From Candidatus Diapherotrites archaeon CG11_big_fil_rev_8_21_14_0_20_37_9 (lineage in GTDB: Archaea; Iainarchaeota; Iainarchaeia; Iainarchaeales; Iainarchaeaceae), in the NCBI GenBank assembly GCA_002762975.1, contig PCWY01000022.1, positions 1 to 31,430 of the forward strand: DNA of 31,430 nt, written 5' to 3'. Under the pieces are notes generated by a model that was not told the DNA's origin, ran no database searches, and saw nothing but the letters and a program-made list of their open reading frames with translations. Below are positions 25,605-31,430 of the stretch, one piece after another. The position numbers and the translations under genes were made by a program. Each line of letters opens with the position of its first letter. Positions within the stretch are counted from its first letter, which is position 1.

Positions 25605-26989
25605 ATTTTCTTGAAAAAATTGCGGAAAGCACCGAAGCACAAGTTATAATGAAGAAAAAAATTCTTCCATTAGACAAAATAATGCGAAATGTGAAAAAGG
25701 GAAACCACGCTTTTTTGAATACAATTAAGGGAAAAAATAAGTTGTCTGTTATAGCCGAATTCAAAAAAAGTTCTCCTTCCGCAGGAAAAATTAACTCTTC
25801 CGCAAATTTGAAACAATTCATAAAACTTTATGATGAATATGCTGACTGCATATCCATTCTTACTGAAGAAAAATATTTTTCAGGGAAAATAAGTTATATT
25901 GCCGATGCTAAAAAAATTACTAAAAATCCTTTGCTTAGAAAGGATTTCATTATTGATGAATACCAGATTTATGAAGCAAGGTACTTTGGCGCGGATGCTG
26001 TTCTTTTAATTGAAAAACTTTTATCCAAAAAAATGCTTGAATATTTTATTAGCATAGCTGATTCAATTGGAATGGATTGCCTTGTGGAATGCCATGATAT
26101 ACGCGGACTGAAAAAAGTTCTTGATTCTGGTGCGAAAATTATTGGCATTAATAATAGAAATCTTGAAACTTTTAAAGAGGATTTTGGTAATACTGAAAAA
26201 CTTGTAAAAAAAATTCCTATAAAGAAAAGAAAAGATGTTATAATTGTTTCAGAATCATCAATTGATTCGATTGAAAAAATACGAAAATTACAGGGCAAAG
26301 TTGATGCTGTACTTGTGGGTTCTGCTATAATGTCTGCACCTGTTCCAAGAGTAAAGCTCAGGGAAATTAATGGAAAAACTCTTACAAAGATATGCGGAAT
26401 TACAACTGAAAGTGATGCAAAACAAGCTGTTTCTCTTGGTGCTGATTTTATTGGACTTAATTTTTATTCAAAAAGCCCAAGGTTCGTTTCGGTAAAAAAA
26501 GCCAAAATAATTGCCAATGCGGTTAAAGGAAAGTGTGTTTTGGTAGGGGTTTTTGTCGATGAATCTTCTGTAAAAGTAAAGCGAATTGCAAAAACAGTTG
26601 GATTGAATATGTTGCAGTTTTCCGGGAACGAATCTGAAAGTTATGTTAAAAAATTTAAAATTCCTTCAATAAAGGCAGTTCGTTTGAGCAAAAAAAATGG
26701 TATTAAAAAGTATTTTAAATACAAAACAAATTTTTTGTTAATTGATGCATTTGAAAAAGGACTTTTCGGCGGAACCGGTAAAACAGTTTCCAAAAACCTT
26801 TTGAATAAGTCTATTTTCAGTACGGGAAAAGTTGCTTTGTCAGGCGGATTAACCCCTGAAAATATAACTGATTTGGTAAGGCAGTATAATCCTGTTTTTG
26901 TGGATGTTTGTTCAGGAGTTGAATCATTTCCCGGAAAGAAAAGCTTTTCTAAAATGAAATCGTTTATTAGATATACACAGGTGATTTAA
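25601..26989 (+). CDS. trpCF: Fused indole-3-glycerol-phosphate synthase / phosphoribosylanthranilate isomerase
   Basis: [34 protein letters not shown] and GINNRNL, then KICGIT, GLNFY.KSPR, D.F..G.FGGTG, LSGGL.PEN and DVCSGVE in one 462-aa frame. Confidence 0.93.
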   Translation: MNFLEKIAESTEAQVIMKKKILPLDKIMRNVKKGNHAFLNTIKGKNKLSVIAEFKKSSPSAGKINSSANLKQFIKLYDEYADCISILTEEKYFSGKISYIADAKKITKNPLLRKDFIIDEYQIYEARYFGADAVLLIEKLLSKKMLEYFISIADSIGMDCLVECHDIRGLKKVLDSGAKIIGINNRNLETFKEDFGNTEKLVKKIPIKKRKDVIIVSESSIDSIEKIRKLQGKVDAVLVGSAIMSAPVPRVKLREINGKTLTKICGITTESDAKQAVSLGADFIGLNFYSKSPRFVSVKKAKIIANAVKGKCVLVGVFVDESSVKVKRIAKTVGLNMLQFSGNESESYVKKFKIPSIKAVRLSKKNGIKKYFKYKTNFLLIDAFEKGLFGGTGKTVSKNLLNKSIFSTGKVALSGGLTPENITDLVRQYNPVFVDVCSGVESFPGKKSFSKMKSFIRYTQVI

Positions 26990-28179
26990 TGATTGGTAGA
27001 TTTGGCGAATATGGCGGACAGTTTGTTCCTGAAACACTTATGCCTGCAGTTAAAGAACTTGAAGTTGCATTTGAAAAATATAAAAATGATTCTGAATTTA
27101 ATGCCGAATTTGAATCTTTGTTAAAAAATTTTGTAGGCAGACCTACAGCACTTACTTTTGCCAGGCATTTAAGCAAAAAACTTAATTGTAAAGTTTATTT
27201 GAAACGCGAAGATCTTGCACATACTGGTGCGCATAAAATTAACAATGCGCTTGGTCAGGCATTGCTTGCAAAAAAAATGGGTAAAAAAAGAGTTATTGCA
27301 GAAACAGGTGCAGGTCAACATGGTGTTGCAACTGCAATTGCGTGTGCAATGCTTGGAATTGAATGTGAAATTTATATGGGTGAAGTTGATATTGAAAGAC
27401 AGAAACCAAATGTTTTCAGAATGAAACTTGCTGGTGCAAAGGTGACGCCTGTTGCAAGCGGAACAAAAACTCTGAAAGATGCTATTAATGAAGCTTTGCG
27501 CGACTGGACTGCAAATGTGAATACAACACATTATCTTCTTGGTTCGGTTCTTGGTCCGCATCCTTATCCTGAAATGGTTGCACATTTCCAAAGTGTTATC
27601 GGAAAGGAAGCAAGGGCACAGATACTTGAAAGAGAAGGCCAATTACCGAAAGCTATTATTGCTTGTGTTGGCGGAGGCAGTAATGCAATAGGAATTTTCA
27701 GCGGTTTTTTGAAAGATAAAGAAGTTGAACTTATAGGAGTTGAGGCAGGTGGGCTTGGAATTAAAAGTGGTAAGCACGCAGCCAGATTTGCAGATCCTAA
27801 ATTGGGGCGAAAGGGCGTGCTCCATGGAACAATGACTTATGTTCTCCAAGATAAATTCGGGCAAATTTATAATACTCATTCAGTTTCAGCTGGACTTGAT
27901 TATAGTGCGGTTGGTCCTGAGCATGCTAATCTGAAGGATATTGGTAGGGCAAGTTATAGTTATGCAACCGATTCTGAAGCACTTGCTGCATTCAAATTGC
28001 TTTCTGAAAAAGAAGGAATTATTCCTGCATTAGAATCAAGTCACGCAGTTGCCTACCTTTTGAAATATGCAAAAAAACTTTCTCCTGAGGATATTGTAAT
28101 TGTAAACATTTCAGGAAGAGGAGATAAGGATCTGGATATTGTTTTAAAGGAAATGGGGGGTAAAAATGAGGCATTTTAA
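26989..28179 (+). CDS. trpB: Tryptophan synthase beta chain (TrpB1-type)
   Basis: [62 protein letters not shown] and SGRGDKD. Confidence 0.97.
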   Translation: MIGRFGEYGGQFVPETLMPAVKELEVAFEKYKNDSEFNAEFESLLKNFVGRPTALTFARHLSKKLNCKVYLKREDLAHTGAHKINNALGQALLAKKMGKKRVIAETGAGQHGVATAIACAMLGIECEIYMGEVDIERQKPNVFRMKLAGAKVTPVASGTKTLKDAINEALRDWTANVNTTHYLLGSVLGPHPYPEMVAHFQSVIGKEARAQILEREGQLPKAIIACVGGGSNAIGIFSGFLKDKEVELIGVEAGGLGIKSGKHAARFADPKLGRKGVLHGTMTYVLQDKFGQIYNTHSVSAGLDYSAVGPEHANLKDIGRASYSYATDSEALAAFKLLSEKEGIIPALESSHAVAYLLKYAKKLSPEDIVIVNISGRGDKDLDIVLKEMGGKNEAF

Positions 28180-28573
28180 AAAACTCCCAACTCAGGAAGT
28201 AGTGGATTTGACTGTTACAACAAAAAGTTTGTGTACTCGGACTCAGGGTTATTTTTTAACTGCACTTAAGCAAGGAAAAATACATGAAATTAAGGCAAAC
28301 ATTAGGGGAAAGCCTACTAGGCTTTTTGTCAAAGGAATTGAAGAAGCAAATGGGAAAGTAGTATATAATCATACTCCTGTTGGTAGTGAAGTAATTGGGT
28401 ATGCTGCAGGGTATAACTCAGAAACTCACCAATATTGTCGTCTTGGGGTAGAAGATGGCAAAATTTTTGTTTATAATGCTTATAATCTGGATGCAAGTAC
28501 GGGCAAACCAGGTTTTGAAGCAAGTCATAAAGTTAAAACTGCTTTTAAAAATCACGGTGAAACTCATGAATAG
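28166..28573 (+). CDS. Uncharacterised 135-aa protein inserted between trpB and trpA
   Basis: Overlaps trpB by 14 nt and trpA by 8 nt, and carries the GGTGA RBS of trpA. No recognised family. Confidence 0.7.
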   Translation: MRHFKKLPTQEVVDLTVTTKSLCTRTQGYFLTALKQGKIHEIKANIRGKPTRLFVKGIEEANGKVVYNHTPVGSEVIGYAAGYNSETHQYCRLGVEDGKIFVYNAYNLDASTGKPGFEASHKVKTAFKNHGETHE

Positions 28574-29366
28574 ATACAAAATTACTTTTGAAAAATTAAG
28601 GCAAAAAAAACAAGGCGCTTTTATTCCATTTGTTGTTTTGGGGGACCCTGATTTTGAAACTTCGAAAAAGATTCTTGAAAAAATGGTAAAACATGCTGAT
28701 TGCATTGAACTAGGTTTTCCTTTTTCGGATCCGATTGCTGATGGAAAAAGAATTCAGGCAGCGGATGAACGTGCGATTAATGCTGGAATTAACCCTGATA
28801 AGTGCTTTGAACTTATAAAACATGTAAGGTCAATCAATAAGGAAATACCTATAGGCCTTTTGATTTATTATAATATAGTTTTTACTTCAGGAATAAATAA
28901 TTTTTTGGCAAAAACAAAAAAAGCAGGGGTTGATGCAATTCTTGTTGCTGACATGCCATTGGAAGAATCAAGTGAATTTAATTCTAAATGTATTTCTTCT
29001 GGTATTGAACAGGTTTTTATTGCAGCGCCAACAACAGGCAAGGAAAGGCTTGCCAAAATTATTTCCAAAAGTACTGCCTTTGTATATGTGGTAGGTGTTC
29101 TGGGGGTTACAGGAGAAAGGAAAAATGTTGATTCTTCTGCTGGAAGAATAGTTTCTTCGATAAAAAATATTTCAAAAATACCTGCGTGTGTGGGTTTTGG
29201 AATTTCAAAACCTGAACATGTAAAAAAAATTATTGGAGAAGGTGCAGATGGAGCAATAGTGGGATCTGCAGTTGAGGCAATAATTGAAGAAAATCTTTGT
29301 AATAAAAAAATCATGCTTGAAAAACTTGATGCTTTTTTTAAGGCAATAAAAAATGCGACGTGTTGA
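28566..29366 (+). CDS. trpA: Tryptophan synthase alpha chain
   Basis: FIPFVVLGDPD, IELGFPFSDPIADG..IQ, LIYYN, GVTG, VGFGIS and ADGAIVGSA. Start moved to ATG 28566 (GGTGA RBS). Confidence 0.95.
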   Translation: MNRYKITFEKLRQKKQGAFIPFVVLGDPDFETSKKILEKMVKHADCIELGFPFSDPIADGKRIQAADERAINAGINPDKCFELIKHVRSINKEIPIGLLIYYNIVFTSGINNFLAKTKKAGVDAILVADMPLEESSEFNSKCISSGIEQVFIAAPTTGKERLAKIISKSTAFVYVVGVLGVTGERKNVDSSAGRIVSSIKNISKIPACVGFGISKPEHVKKIIGEGADGAIVGSAVEAIIEENLCNKKIMLEKLDAFFKAIKNATC

Positions 29367-30631
29367 AAATGGATTTTGTTGAAATCAAAAAAATTGGTTC
29401 CTTATCAGCGGATATTGTAGCACCTCCTTCAAAAGCACATACTTTGAGAGCGCTTTTCATAAGCGCGCTTGCTGAAGGAAAAAGTACGCTTAGAAATGCC
29501 CTGAATGCTGAGGATCAGCAGATTGCAGCAAAAGCACTAAATGATCTTGGGGCAAAAATAGTTTTTAATGGAAAAGATTACCTTGTGCAGGGTGCTGAAG
29601 GGCAACTTTCTTCACCAAAGGAAATTATTTATACTGCTAATTCAGGTGTTACAACAAGATTTTTGATTCCAATTGCAGGAATAGCAAAAGGCAATACTAT
29701 TATTGATGGCTCTGAAAGAATGCGGGAAAGACCAATTAAAGAATTACTTGAATCTGCATCAAAAATTGGACTTAAAACAGAATCAAAAGAAGGAAAACTT
29801 CCAGTAAAAGTGATTGGTAAAACTCTTATCGGAGGCAAAACAGAAATTGATGCTTCTGAAAGCTCACAGTTTTTAAGCGCCCTGCTTATTGCAGGCCCAT
29901 TGACAGAAAATGGTATGTCTGTTTCTGTAAAGGGTGAAATGCGATCAAAACCCTATGTGGATATTACTCTTGATTGCATGGCTGATTTTGGAGTTAAAAC
30001 TGATAGGGAAGGATATGAAAGTTTTTTTGTGAAAAGCGGACAAAGTTACAAAGGAAGGGATTATTTAATTGAAGGAGACTACAGTTCTTCCTCTTATTTA
30101 TTTGCAGCAGCAGCAATTACAGGCGGAATTGTAAAAGTAAGGAATCTCAATAAAAATTCTGCACAAGGAGATAAAGAATTTATTTATTTTTTGGAAAAAA
30201 TGGGATGCAATGTTAATTTTTCAGGAGACTCTATTGTTGTTGAAGGAAATTCGCTCAATGCAATTGATGTTGACATGTCTTCCTGTCCTGATGTTGTGCC
30301 CACGCTTGCAGTTGTTGCCGCATTTGCAGAGGGTAAAACAAGAATTAGTAACATTTCTCATCTTTCTGCAAAGGAAAGTAATAGGATTGAAACAACCGCT
30401 GAAAACCTACGCAGGTGCGGGATAAAAGCAATTCCTGGAAAGGATTTTCTTGAAATAATTGGTGGCAAACCCCATGGCGCGGTTATTGAACCGTATAATG
30501 ATCACCGTATTGCAATGGCCTTTTCAATTATGGGGCTTCAAACAGGTGAAATGAGAATCAATAATCCAAATTGTGTTGGAAAAAGTTTTCCTGATTTTTT
30601 TTCAGTATTGAAAAAGTTTTATGGTGATTAA
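29360..30631 (+). CDS. aroA: 3-phosphoshikimate 1-carboxyvinyltransferase (EPSP synthase)
   Basis: PPSKAHTLRA, NSG.T.RF, RERP, SSQFLSALL, SKPYVDIT, EGDYSSSSY, KESNRI and DHRIAM...V.KSFPDF. Confidence 0.95.
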   Translation: MLKMDFVEIKKIGSLSADIVAPPSKAHTLRALFISALAEGKSTLRNALNAEDQQIAAKALNDLGAKIVFNGKDYLVQGAEGQLSSPKEIIYTANSGVTTRFLIPIAGIAKGNTIIDGSERMRERPIKELLESASKIGLKTESKEGKLPVKVIGKTLIGGKTEIDASESSQFLSALLIAGPLTENGMSVSVKGEMRSKPYVDITLDCMADFGVKTDREGYESFFVKSGQSYKGRDYLIEGDYSSSSYLFAAAAITGGIVKVRNLNKNSAQGDKEFIYFLEKMGCNVNFSGDSIVVEGNSLNAIDVDMSSCPDVVPTLAVVAAFAEGKTRISNISHLSAKESNRIETTAENLRRCGIKAIPGKDFLEIIGGKPHGAVIEPYNDHRIAMAFSIMGLQTGEMRINNPNCVGKSFPDFFSVLKKFYGD

Positions 30632-31147
30632 TTGAATATTGCACTTATTGGTTACAGGGCTACTGGCAAAACAACAATCGGAAAAAAACTTGCTAAAAGA
30701 ATGAATATGAAATTTTTGGATACTGATAAGATTATTGAAAAGAAAATAGGTAAAAAAATAAAAGATTTTTTTGATGAGCACGGAGAAAAGGAATTCAGGG
30801 AAATTGAATCAACTGTTCTTAAAGAAATTTGTTTGGGGGATGAACAATGTATTTCTTGCGGTGGGGGAATAGTTATTCTTCCTGAAAACAGGGATTTGCT
30901 GAAAAAAAAATGTGTTGTTGTATTACTTGAATCAACTCCTCAGGCTATTTACATGAGAACAAAAAAGGATAGTAAAAGACCCGCATTAACTTCGTTCGAT
31001 AAATTTGATGAAATCGTAAATGTTCTTGAGGAGCGTAAGGATAAGTATGAATCAATTGCAAATGTCCGTGCAGACACTTCCAGCATATCCATTGAAAAGG
31101 TTGTTCAAGTTATAATTGATAAACTTGTTGAGGGGGGTTACATTTGA
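30632..31147 (+). CDS. aroK: Shikimate kinase, bacterial P-loop (AroK/AroL) type
   Basis: IGYRATGKTTIG, DTD..IE, FREIE, GGG, RP.L and R...Y. GGTGA RBS precedes the TTG start. Confidence 0.9.
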   Translation: MNIALIGYRATGKTTIGKKLAKRMNMKFLDTDKIIEKKIGKKIKDFFDEHGEKEFREIESTVLKEICLGDEQCISCGGGIVILPENRDLLKKKCVVVLLESTPQAIYMRTKKDSKRPALTSFDKFDEIVNVLEERKDKYESIANVRADTSSISIEKVVQVIIDKLVEGGYI

Positions 31148-31430
31148 AGGTCCGTGTTAACCTGTTTAAAAAAACTGATTTGAGCTACGATATTGAAATT
31201 CACGAATCTGCAAATATGGCTGAATTGATTTGTTCGGATAATTTTGGTTTGAAATACTGTATTATTACTGATTCTAATCTGGAAAAATCTCTTGGCAAAA
31301 AACTTTTAGATCAATTCAAAAAACAGGGTGCAAATGCCGAATTAGTGTCTTTTCCAAGCGGTGAAAAGAACAAGAATCTGAAAACTGTAGCAGGTATTCT
31401 TGAAAAAATGCATGAATTTGGATTTGACAG
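31144..31430 (+). CDS. aroB: 3-dehydroquinate synthase, N-terminal part (truncated by the window edge)
   Basis: TTG overlapping the aroK stop; hand translation gives ...YCIITDSNL...SFPSGEKNKNLKTV..ILEKM...GFD. Confidence 0.85.
   Translation, partial: MKVRVNLFKKTDLSYDIEIHESANMAELICSDNFGLKYCIITDSNLEKSLGKKLLDQFKKQGANAELVSFPSGEKNKNLKTVAGILEKMHEFGFD

Noticed and set aside
28455-28565. Track N-terminal extension of TrpA
   Set aside because: It overlaps the orphan gene in another frame; ATG 28566 has a GGTGA RBS and gives a normal 266-aa TrpA.
1-31430. CRISPR array, rRNA, transposase or integrase
   Set aside because: No regularly spaced repeats, rRNA-like sequence or recombinase motifs were seen by eye.

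Overview
AT-rich archaeal window, most likely from a DPANN-type lineage such as Diapherotrites/Iainarchaeota. This is an inference from the single-domain KaiC/RAD55 ATPase, archaeal-type cytidylate kinase, TATA boxes about 27-30 nt before apparently leaderless ATGs, GGTGA/GGAGG ribosome-binding sites, a tRNA without encoded CCA, and K/R-rich orphan genes. From about 1.9 kb to the right edge it is dominated by an amino-acid biosynthesis supercluster: panB, ilvE, leuA-ilvB-ilvN-ilvC-leuB, pheA, split transketolase, DAHP synthase, gdhA, tRNA-Trp, trpE-G-D-CF-B-(orphan)-A, aroA, aroK and the start of aroB. The main discovery candidate is missed by the ORF track: short leader peptides enriched in the cognate amino acids sit in front of two operons. 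MNFNARIRKLGILLVLVLVLLA (7389-7457) precedes the leu/ilv operon and MLYATIAKNDSAVSKVASAFAFYFYFFFFK (14886-14978) precedes pheA. Each follows a TATA box and is followed immediately by alternative RNA hairpins, which is the layout of ribosome-mediated attenuation, here in an archaeon. The trp operon is instead headed by an intron-less tRNA-Trp with weaker Trp-codon uORFs. Other oddities: a 1-kb Bro-N cassette flanked by a 21-bp duplication of the pheA 3' end, an RBS-sequestering hairpin plus 27-aa ORF between trpG and trpD, an orphan gene between trpB and trpA, and two frameshifted or decayed orphan genes. All structure and function calls were made by eye; nothing was folded, aligned or searched.
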